Positions 29,206 through 38,811 of a stretch of 64,000 bases of DNA are shown here, piece after piece (the stretch's first letter is position 1; each line of letters begins with the position of its first letter). The DNA is taken from positions 1 to 64,000 of the forward strand of contig NC_134034.1 in assembly GCF_964204645.1 (NCBI RefSeq), given 5' to 3'. The DNA is from Tubulanus polymorphus (taxonomy: Eukaryota > Animalia > Nemertea). The notes under the pieces are model-generated. The model was not told where the DNA came from and searched no databases. It saw only the letters and a program-made list of their open reading frames with translations. The translations under genes and the position numbers were made by a program.

Positions 29206-31506
29206 GTGGTCAACCTCACACGTTCACTCCGCCTAAGTCCGGCGCAACATCAGCTACTCCGAAAGGGCCTCACTTATTGCCCGACTCCAAAAATCGGTTC
29301 TGATGCCGCCGCGACCGAGCGCACCAAGGGAGTGTGCCGATTCAACCGGCTAGTGAAACTCGACCATCACTTCCGAGACAAACCGGACCGCGAGGCTCCG
29401 CGTTTCCGTCTGCCCAGCAGTTGGGCTCCGGATGAAATAGAACCAATAATCGCCGGGTTCTGCAACGACGCGCACGAATTGGCTCAACAAACCAGGGATA
29501 CGCGTCGCGTAAATGATAACCTCACTAAACAGGAACGCGAAGCCCTCCAGCAGCTGCGTGACAACACTAATATTGTCATCAAAGCCGCCGATAAGGGTTC
29601 CGCTACGGTTATCATGGACCGCGACGACTACGTCCACGAAGCCATGCGCCAACTAGCCGATCTCGAGTATTATCAGCCGCTGCAGCAACCGATCTTCGAA
29701 CAGACCGGGGAAGAAATTCGCGAAATCATCGAAAATATGGCTCGACGAAAAATCATCCCGCTAAAAACCGCCGAATATCTATTACCGCCCGATAATCCGA
29801 AACAGAGGCAGTTCTATCTGCTTCCCAAAATCCATAAAGAACGCGAGAAGTGGACGGTACCCGATCGCGTACCGCCGGGGAGACCGATCGTCTCCGACTG
29901 CGGCTCCGAAACCTACGAAATTTCGGAATGGATCGACTACTATTTGCAGCCGATCGCCCGCGGTCACCCGTCGTACGTCAAGGATACCAACCACTTTCTA
30001 GATATTTTGGCCGGTAAACAATTTAGCGCCGATGCGTTACTCGTCACCATGGACATCGATTCGCTCTACACCAACATCCCCCACGAAGAGGGTATCGCCA
30101 GCATCCGACAAGCTCTCCGAGATAACCCGAACCCGGGACGCCCGGATGCCGAGCTGCTGAAACTACTCGAAATCAGCCTGAAGAAAAATGACTTTAACTT
30201 TAACGAAAACACATATTTACAGGTAAAAGGTACCGCAATGGGTAAGCGTTTTGCTCCTTCTTATGCCAATATCTTTGTAGCCGAATGGGAAAAAGAAGGT
30301 CTGTCCAGAAGCGAACTCCAACCATCGCTATACGCTCGGTTCATCGACGACATCTACATAGTTTGGGAACACGGCCGCGAAACGTTGATGCAATTCATCG
30401 ACGTCCTACAAACAGTGAGCCGATCCATCAAACTCAAGTTCGAAATCAGCGACACCAGCGTCAACTTCCTGGACGTAACCACTTTCAAAGGCCCGCGATT
30501 CGAGACAAGTGGCACAGTAGACACCAAAGTCTACTTCAAACCAACCGATTCGCATCAATTACTACATCGATCCTCGTTTCACCCTAAACACACATTTTCC
30601 GGTATAGTTAAAAGTCAAATTCTCCGGTTCCGGCGCATCTGCAATAACGATTCGGACTTACACGCAGCGTCCGGAACCGTCCTTAAAGTACTCAGAGGTC
30701 GTGGCTACAAAGACCGCGAACTGCGACACATCAAAAGCCAAGCTCTACGGCACCACGCCGAACGAGATCTACGAGAACAACAACGGGCCGACGAACCGCC
30801 GAAAAAGCGTTTACCGCTTATCTTACCTCACTCCGAAGCCAACCGAACCCTAGCCCGTAACATCCGAACCAGATTTACGGAACTGGCTACGGCCACCGGC
30901 CGGTCTGACGAGGTAACCACGGTCACCGCCTACACCAAGCACAAGAGTCTCAAAGATCTCCTAACTTCGTCGCAGCTCAAACCCACGGAGCCACCCCCTC
31001 CCCGAGTTCCCTCTTCACCGCATCGTAACAGAAATACTTCCGTTGTTTCCAATTCTTCTATTTCCAGGTCTACTCAAAGAACTCCGTCAACCCGACGTCG
31101 AGGCACCGAGAAATGCAGAACACCGAGATGTCGTACGTGTCCACTCGTCCGAGAAACAACCGTTTGCCGCAGCCACAACAAAATGCACGCGATCCGCAGC
31201 ACAATTAATTGCGCGACCCGTGAAATTGTATACTGCATCGAATGCACCAAGTGCAACATGCTGTACGTCGGCCAAACCGGAATGTCTCTACGAGAACGCG
31301 TCACTCATCACGTCTCACGCATCAGAACGAAGAATTCGACTCCAGTCTCGGACCACTTCAACCAAGTCGACCACACCCGCGAACACTTTCGGGTGTACGG
31401 TCTCCAACACCTACCAGGCTCCACGAGACCGATCCGCGAAGCAGCCGAACAAGACTGGATACGACGACTCGACACGAACACGCCCCGAGGCATGAACGTC
31501 CCGTAG
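29206..31506 (+). CDS. PLE ORF2 RT + GIY-YIG, copy 5
   Basis: Intact. Confidence 0.96.
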   Translation: MVNLTRSLRLSPAQHQLLRKGLTYCPTPKIGSDAAATERTKGVCRFNRLVKLDHHFRDKPDREAPRFRLPSSWAPDEIEPIIAGFCNDAHELAQQTRDTRRVNDNLTKQEREALQQLRDNTNIVIKAADKGSATVIMDRDDYVHEAMRQLADLEYYQPLQQPIFEQTGEEIREIIENMARRKIIPLKTAEYLLPPDNPKQRQFYLLPKIHKEREKWTVPDRVPPGRPIVSDCGSETYEISEWIDYYLQPIARGHPSYVKDTNHFLDILAGKQFSADALLVTMDIDSLYTNIPHEEGIASIRQALRDNPNPGRPDAELLKLLEISLKKNDFNFNENTYLQVKGTAMGKRFAPSYANIFVAEWEKEGLSRSELQPSLYARFIDDIYIVWEHGRETLMQFIDVLQTVSRSIKLKFEISDTSVNFLDVTTFKGPRFETSGTVDTKVYFKPTDSHQLLHRSSFHPKHTFSGIVKSQILRFRRICNNDSDLHAASGTVLKVLRGRGYKDRELRHIKSQALRHHAERDLREQQRADEPPKKRLPLILPHSEANRTLARNIRTRFTELATATGRSDEVTTVTAYTKHKSLKDLLTSSQLKPTEPPPPRVPSSPHRNRNTSVVSNSSISRSTQRTPSTRRRGTEKCRTPRCRTCPLVRETTVCRSHNKMHAIRSTINCATREIVYCIECTKCNMLYVGQTGMSLRERVTHHVSRIRTKNSTPVSDHFNQVDHTREHFRVYGLQHLPGSTRPIREAAEQDWIRRLDTNTPRGMNVP

Positions 31507-31636
31507 ACCGCCTCACTACAACAATTAACTCTCACTACTTTTTTACAGGGATAACCCGCTGCCCGTGCACTAGTGGGGTCTCCAAACCTTCGGTTTGGTC
31601 CCCTAACCTCTATCTCTAAACCTAACCCTAACCCTC

Positions 31637-33195
31637 TTGATTCCTGCACTGACACTGACGAAGGCAACCTCGCCGAAATATCTGTCAATGGAGCGATCTA
31701 CTCGAAAGAAGAAACGACCACCAGCTGAGAAGACCAGCAAGGGCGGAGGACGCCCTGAGCGACACCAGCAACCCGGGATGTCGCCGAAAAATTACTATAG
31801 AGCTCTTCAAGTGGCGCACCACCTTGCCCAGTTGAGCTCTGGTCCGAAAGCGATTCGGAGGAAGAAGGACCATCTGAAGATGTTCCTGCGGCCGGCGGCT
31901 TGCACCGAAGCAGTAACGGTGCAGCTGCACGCTGCCGCGGACGTCTGGATGGAGACAGTTTCGAAAGAGCTGACCATCCATTACGCTGCCACATTTGTTC
32001 AGCTAATGGGTGATCCTCTGCCGGACTGTCTATCAGCACAGGATGTCGCCCTGACATGGGCCCGGAGGAATTTCGGCTCCCGTCTGAGCCCCGGAACGAT
32101 CCGGCTTTTCAACATCGCGCTGGATTTGCGGTCGAAATTCCGCGGTCAGGCTCTGTCTGACAAACTCAGAAATGTCCTATCTAACCCACCTTCTTCCCCT
32201 TCTCATTTCAGGTCACACCACCAGGAGGCACCCACGGAGCCGAAGATTCGTCCGCCGCCGAGACCGAGCCGGAAGATTCGAAAGCCCGCGACGCCGAGGA
32301 CGCCTGCACCAACCGCAGCCGCGCCCGCCGCGCCCACAGCGCCTCCATCTTTTTCTGATTCCAGGTCACCGAGAAGCTACGCGGATGTCACCAGGACGCC
32401 ACCAACCAGAATGGCGCCACCACCGAGAAGTCCGATGCCGACGCCGCCGCCGCCACCAAGAAGTCAGACGCCACCGAGAAGTCCGACGCCGCCGCCTCGA
32501 AACCCGACGCCGCCGCCGCCGCAGAGAACGCCGACCGCACCAACCAGCAGTCCGACGCCGTCTCTCTCTTCTTCTCTTTCCAGCTCTCCGTCTCATTACA
32601 GGTCACAGGGCGCCTACTGCCAGCGCGAAGTCCGACGCCAACACCGAGACCGATGGCGCCCCAGGAAGTTCGCCGTCATCCGAATACGGGTCGGAAGAAA
32701 CAGGATTGGAGTCTGCCACCAACCCGGCGACCCATTCTGGTGATTGGTGACTCAAATCTGAGTAACATCACATCAAGCCGCCGTCCGGATGACGTCCAGA
32801 TCGAGAGCTTCCCCGGCTGCAAGATAGCTCATCTCGCCGACCTGATCGATGCTGTACCGGAGCGCCGAGATCGCCCGGATACGGTGATCATCAGCGTCGG
32901 AATCAACAACCGCGACAACAACTTCGAAGCGACCGCCAGGAAGACCACACAGCGCCTGATCAACGCCGCAGTCAAGAAGTATCAGCACTCGTTCGTCCAC
33001 TTCGTTCAACTCAACACGACCCGCGAACACCAGCAGTTCGCCCGGAAGTTCAACGAATTCCTCGAGATTCACGACGACGTCACCGCGATACCACCCATCG
33101 ATGATCGACGCTTCAGAGTTGTTGGAGACGGGATCCACTGGAACCGTGGTACAGCTAACACCCTGCTGGACCACTGGCTCAGTGGTTTAAACTAA
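31637..33195 (+). pseudogene. PLE ORF1 copy 6, frameshifted
   Basis: 1-bp deletion (GGTCACAGGG vs GGTCACCAGGG, ~32606) splits ORF1; could also be a sequencing error. Confidence 0.75.
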
Positions 33196-35772
33196 GTATT
33201 AGTGAGACCAACGGGTCCACTATTGGTGAGTTAAATCAACCGGAATTAACCAATGCTTCTCTGATTTCTTCCATTTCCAGGTCCGACGAACACGAAGAAC
33301 CGGCACCAAACCAAGCGCGACGCGATCCGGTCACCGCTCTCGGGAGCCCGGTGGTCAACCTCACACGTTCACTCCGCCTAAGTCCGGCGCAACATCAGCT
33401 ACTCCGAAAGGGCCTCACTTATTGCCCGACTCCAAAAATCGGTTCTGATGCCGCCGCGACCGAGCGCACCAAGGGAGTGTGCCGATTCAACCGGCTAGTG
33501 AAACTCGACCATCACTTCCGAGACAAACCGGACCGCGAGGCTCCGCGTTTCCGTCTGCCCAGCAGTTGGGCTCCGGATGAAATAGAACCAGTAATCGCCG
33601 GGTTCTGCAACGACGCGCACGAATTGGCTCAACAAACCAGGGATACGCGTCGCGTAAATGATAACCTCACTAAACAGGAACGCGAAGCCCTCCAGCAGCT
33701 GCGTGACAACACTAATATTGTCATCAAAGCCGCCGATAAGGGTTCCGCTACGGTTATCATGGACCGCGACGACTACGTCCACGAAGCCATGCGCCAACTA
33801 GCCGATCTCGAGTATTATCAGCCGCTGCAGCAACCGATCTTCGAACAGACCGGGGAAGAAATTCGCGAAATCATCGAAAATATGGCTCGACGAAAAATCA
33901 TCCCGCTAAAAACCGCCGAATATCTATTACCGCCCGATAATCCGAAACAGAGGCAGTTCTATCTGCTTCCCAAAATCCATAAAGAACGCGAGAAGTGGAC
34001 GGTACCCGATCGCGTACCGCCGGGGAGACCGATCGTCTCCGACTGCGGCTCCGAAACCTACGAAATTTCGGAATGGATCGACTACTATTTGCAGCCGATC
34101 GCCCGCGGTCACCCGTCGTACGTCAAAGATACCAACCACTTTCTAGATATTTTGGCCGGTAAACAATTTAGCGCCGATGCGTTACTCGTCACCATGGACA
34201 TCGATTCGCTCTACACCAACATCCCCCACGAAGAGGGTATCGCCAGCATCCGACAAGCTCTCCGAGATAACCCGAACCCGGGACGCCCGGATGCCGAGCT
34301 GCTGAAACTACTCGAAATCAGCCTGAAGAAAAATGACTTTAACTTTAACGAAAACACATATTTACAGGTAAAAGGTACCGCAATGGGTAAGCGTTTTGCT
34401 CCTTCTTATGCCAATATCTTTGTAGCCGAATGGGAAAAAGAAGGTCTGTCCAGAAGCGAACTCCAACCATCGCTATACGCTCGGTTCATCGACGACATCT
34501 ACATAGTTTGGGAACACGGCCGCGAAACGTTGATGCAATTCATCGACGTCCTACAAACAGTGAGCCGATCCATCAAACTCAAGTTCGAAATCAGCGACAC
34601 CAGCGTCAACTTCCTGGACGTAACCACCTTCAAAGGCCCGCGATTCGAGACAAGTGGCACAGTAGACACCAAAGTCTACTTCAAACCAACCGATTCGCAT
34701 CAATTACTACATCGATCCTCGTTTCACCCTAAACACACATTTTCCGGTATAGTTAAAAGTCAAATTCTCCGGTTCCGGCGCATCTGCAATAACGATTCGG
34801 ACTTACACGCAGCGTCCGGAACCGTCCTTAAAGTACTCAGAGGTCGTGGCTACAAAGACCGCGAACTGCGACACATCAAAAGCCAAGCTCTACGGCACCA
34901 CGCCGAACGAGATCTACGAGAACAACAACGGGCCGACGAACCGCCGAAAAAGCGTTTACCGCTTATCTTACCTCACTCCGAAGCCAACCGAACCCTAGCC
35001 CGTAATATCCGAACCAGATTTACGGAACTGGCTACGGCCACCGGCCGGTCTGACGAGGTAACCACGGTCACCGCCTACACCAAGCACAAGAGTCTCAAAG
35101 ATCTCCTAACTTCGTCGCAGCTCAAACCCACGGAGCCACCCCCTCCCCGAGTCCCCTCTTCACCGCATCGTAACAGAAATACTTCCGTTGTTTCCAATTC
35201 TTCTATTTCCAGGTCTACTCAAAGAACTCCGTCAACCCGACGTCGAGGCACCGAGAAATGCAGAACACCGAGATGTCGTACGTGTCCACTCGTCCGAGAA
35301 ACAACCGTTTGCCGCAGCCACAACAAAATGCACGCGATCCGCAGCACAATTAATTGCGCGACCCGTGAAATTGTATACTGCATCGAATGCACCAAGTGCA
35401 ACATGCTGTACGTCGGCCAAACCGGAATGTCTCTACGAGAACGCGTCACTCATCACGTCTCACGCATCAGAACGAAGAATTCGACTCCAGTCTCGGACCA
35501 CTTCAACCAAGTCGACCACACCCGCGAACACTTTCGGGTGTACGGTCTCCAACACCTACCAGGCTCCACGAGACCGATCCGCGAAGCAGCCGAACAAGAC
35601 TGGATACGACGACTCGACACGAACACGCCCCGAGGCATGAACGTCCCGTAGACCGCCTCACTACAACAATTAACTCTCACTACTTTTTTACAGGGATAAC
35701 CCGCTGCCCGTGCACTAGTGGGGTCTCCAAACCTTCGGTTTGGTCCCCTAACCTCTATCTCTAAACCTAACC
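31638..35772 (+). mobile_element. PLE copy 6, starting at about the predicted transcription start
   Basis: 5' end equivalent to 3698; retains hammerhead at 31650-31687; lacks TATA and upstream leader. Confidence 0.95.
33351..35651 (+). CDS. PLE ORF2 RT + GIY-YIG, copy 6
   Basis: Intact reading frame. Confidence 0.93.
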   Translation: MVNLTRSLRLSPAQHQLLRKGLTYCPTPKIGSDAAATERTKGVCRFNRLVKLDHHFRDKPDREAPRFRLPSSWAPDEIEPVIAGFCNDAHELAQQTRDTRRVNDNLTKQEREALQQLRDNTNIVIKAADKGSATVIMDRDDYVHEAMRQLADLEYYQPLQQPIFEQTGEEIREIIENMARRKIIPLKTAEYLLPPDNPKQRQFYLLPKIHKEREKWTVPDRVPPGRPIVSDCGSETYEISEWIDYYLQPIARGHPSYVKDTNHFLDILAGKQFSADALLVTMDIDSLYTNIPHEEGIASIRQALRDNPNPGRPDAELLKLLEISLKKNDFNFNENTYLQVKGTAMGKRFAPSYANIFVAEWEKEGLSRSELQPSLYARFIDDIYIVWEHGRETLMQFIDVLQTVSRSIKLKFEISDTSVNFLDVTTFKGPRFETSGTVDTKVYFKPTDSHQLLHRSSFHPKHTFSGIVKSQILRFRRICNNDSDLHAASGTVLKVLRGRGYKDRELRHIKSQALRHHAERDLREQQRADEPPKKRLPLILPHSEANRTLARNIRTRFTELATATGRSDEVTTVTAYTKHKSLKDLLTSSQLKPTEPPPPRVPSSPHRNRNTSVVSNSSISRSTQRTPSTRRRGTEKCRTPRCRTCPLVRETTVCRSHNKMHAIRSTINCATREIVYCIECTKCNMLYVGQTGMSLRERVTHHVSRIRTKNSTPVSDHFNQVDHTREHFRVYGLQHLPGSTRPIREAAEQDWIRRLDTNTPRGMNVP

Positions 35773-35786
35773 CTAACCCTAACCCT

Positions 35787-36024
35787 AGTCCCGGTCTAGG
35801 TGGTGGACTGTGCTTTTCCCGATGCCCCTAACTCTAATGCCTTCCGACAGGTGGGAGTTAGCCTGATTTCCCGCTGCCCGTGCTCTAGTGGGGAACTGAA
35901 AAAGAAATTAATTAATACATCTCGATTAACAGTCTCGGGGGTTAATCTGAAGAACACACTTGTCATATAATTAATATTCAAATTCAAAAATTGGTTCCCC
36001 TAACCTCTATCTCTATACCTAACC
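35787..36024 (+). mobile_element. 5'-truncated single family A unit (most proximal module)
   Basis: Matches the 353-bp unit from within the B box to CCTAACC. Confidence 0.9.
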
Positions 36025-36195
36025 CTAACCCTAACCCTGAGACCCTAACCCTAACCCTGAGACCCTAACCCTAACCCTGAGACCCTAACCCTAAGACCCT
36101 AACCCTAAAACCCTAACCCTAAAACCCTAACCCTAACCCAAGACCCTAACCCTAAGACCCTAACCCTAAGACCCTAACCCTAAGACCCTAACCCC
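36018..36195. repeat. Proximal telomeric/variant telomeric tract
   Basis: CCCTAA interspersed with CCCTGAGA, CCCTAAGA, CCCTAAAA and CCCAAGA variants; marks the border with unique DNA. Confidence 0.92.
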
Positions 36196-36415
36196 AGTAC
36201 CCTAGGTACTATATATAAAAAGACTGAGGATACTGGGGTCGAAATGCTCAAATGCTCCATCTGTATTGATAGTAATAGTTTATATTAGGCCTCCATCCAC
36301 ACTTAATATTATTCATACATTTAACTAATTGTATCTTGAATGTCGGCCGACAGTTTTACACGCATCAGCTCGACATGGCGGTTAAACCCGAGTGTTTTAT
36401 GTCCAACACACAGGA

Positions 36416-36516
36416 GCTTATCACAATTTGATGGAGGATGGACCACACCAGTATCGTTATATAGATAGGGATAGTGGCAACTGGTGTCATCCATCCTCCG
36501 TCAAATTGTGACAAGC
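36416..36516. repeat. Imperfect inverted repeat (~37-bp arms)
   Basis: GCTTATCACAATTTGATGGAGGATGGA..CACCAGT pairs with ACTGGTG..TCCATCCTCCGTCAAATTGTGACAAGC. Confidence 0.8.
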
Positions 36517-37926
36517 CGAGACCTTTCCATCTTGAATCACCTTCAACTGTACAACAAAAGTATTCGATTCATAAGTAAATTTACTTACTGTATTTCAATG
36601 TTGAAATGGTTTGAAGACATTCTGTCGCTTCTTAGTTGAAAGAGAAGCTTCTAAATGTTTCAAGTGTAAATTGCGATTGATTCGTCCGCCATCATTCTTA
36701 AATGGGACATACTCCACTTGGGAGGGCTAGTTCTGTAGTCCGCGCAGATCGAGGTCGACTAGGACTCAGGAGCATTAGCGCTCCGGGCACCAACTAAAGA
36801 GTTCACGGTAGTGCCCGCAGTAGACTTAACATGCCGCTCCGAATTGATAGTTGCGGGAAATAAAACCACGAAATTAGGAATTTGTAGCGATTTCCGTACA
36901 ATCACAGAAAAATTATGTGAAAAATATTCCCAATTAAATACCGGTATTTCAAGCAAAGGAACTTTATAACTTAAATCAGTGACTCACAATAGGTATTTCA
37001 CCTAGTTTTTCAGCAGGGCGCGGCCGACATCGACAAGTTCTATATTTCTGTGACAAATTTCTATAAAGTAGTTCATTATCATATCGATGAAAATAAGTGT
37101 AGTTATTCATTCCAGTATGAAATTTGGCTCTGTTTTGACGATTAAGTTTCTAGCTCCGCAATCAAGGGTCATTTTTTAATGTTTGTGTATTTGTAGGAGA
37201 CCCTCCCCTAGGTCTCTGAGTCATTATTCATTTGTTTATCGTTACGGTCTGTATCTCATTCACACCGTCACAGTTTAACTGAGTTTATCCGCTAGATGGC
37301 AGACGAGTCGAGTATGACACACATAAATGTTGAAGGGATTGTAGTAATTTTGGAGTCGATCGAATTTAGGATGAATTTTACTGTTAAGGGTTATAAAGCT
37401 TAAAAATGGATTAAAAATGGATTAATCAAATTTCCAGTCTCAGATAATGAACAATTTCCACCAGTGTTATTTGTATTAATAACCAGTTCAGTTTTAGAAA
37501 AAATTCTGATCCAGTTTCGATAACAGAAAATTCTAATAGTTTATGAACGACGGTTTATTTTTGTGCGGTTGTGCGCCATTCCTGGTTCCATCATTGTGTC
37601 CTAGATAGTGAATATTTTAGAGAAATAGCTGTTCCAAAAGTGGACTGTTTGGGAAGCGGCGCTGTATTTACATATGTTTGTCCGATTTGAATGAATGAAA
37701 AATAGATAACAAAAACAAAATAAGTTCTATGGTTTTTAAACATCGCTTTTTATTGTTCGTATTTGATACGAGCTGCGAACATTACGTGTCACAAACATAC
37801 AACACATCGATTATTAAAAAGCGCAATAAAAAATGCAGTAAGCGTGATTTACCAATATCCAAAACAATTCAAATATATGCTTCTATATTTATATGTTATA
37901 CAGATATCTATTGTTCCATTGATTTA

Positions 37927-38035
<109 letters not shown>

Positions 38036-38811
38036 GGCTATATGTCTGCAGTCCCCCCCCCTTCCTACACTACAGGTGTCTACAGCGTGCCAGGCTGGTA
38101 ATGCCACTGTTTGAGTCCTGCCTTTTTGGTGCATAACTGCTGCTCCTGATTTCAAGGCCGGGTTGTCAAAACATTTACCAAGCGGCTACACCTAAAACCC
38201 CCTGGATAAAGGGCTGAATATCAGTTCATATCGATTCGAATGGATTTAAACAATTATAAAATCAATCCTCGTGAGATTTGTGTATTCAAAAATACATGTC
38301 CTACCAAAAATCATTGCTCTTATACAAAAACCCAATCAGCGCATTCAAAATACAAAGTAATACAGTATTAAACATTACACTATAATATCATATTAAAAAC
38401 TGCCATATCTATTACTTACATCTATCATTCTAAAAAAACTAATTTATTATCAATGTTTTATTAACGTTAGAAATTGATGAAAAAATAAGGAAATATAGTG
38501 ATAATTTCTGACATCAATTAAAAGGCGTTAGATGTAAATAGCTGATAGTCCCCTAGCGACTGTCAATCGAACTAATGATTATATATAAAACACTGCATAG
38601 ATGATGACGTCAAAGATCGAACGAGCGTCTGTTAGATTGTAATTTATAACCCGAGGATAATCAGTCCGATAATGAAATGTTATTGCTTTTGTTTGGCCTC
38701 GGGCTCTGGAACACATCTCTATACTGATCGGCACTCTCTGATGTTTATGAGCAGGCACGGCTAGGGTGATGTTGATGATGTTCAAGTTTGATGTTTTCTG
38801 TTGTTGTCTCT

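Larger units (their letters stand above)
26687..31627 (+). mobile_element. PLE copy 5
   Basis: Copy-2-like 5' haplotype; both ORFs intact. Confidence 0.95.
1329..36024 (+). mobile_element. Polarised telomeric retroelement array (6 PLE copies plus tRNA-headed non-autonomous units, separated by CCCTAA tracts)
   Basis: All modules lie on + with 5' ends toward the telomere; every module boundary is a CCCTAA tract. Confidence 0.95.
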
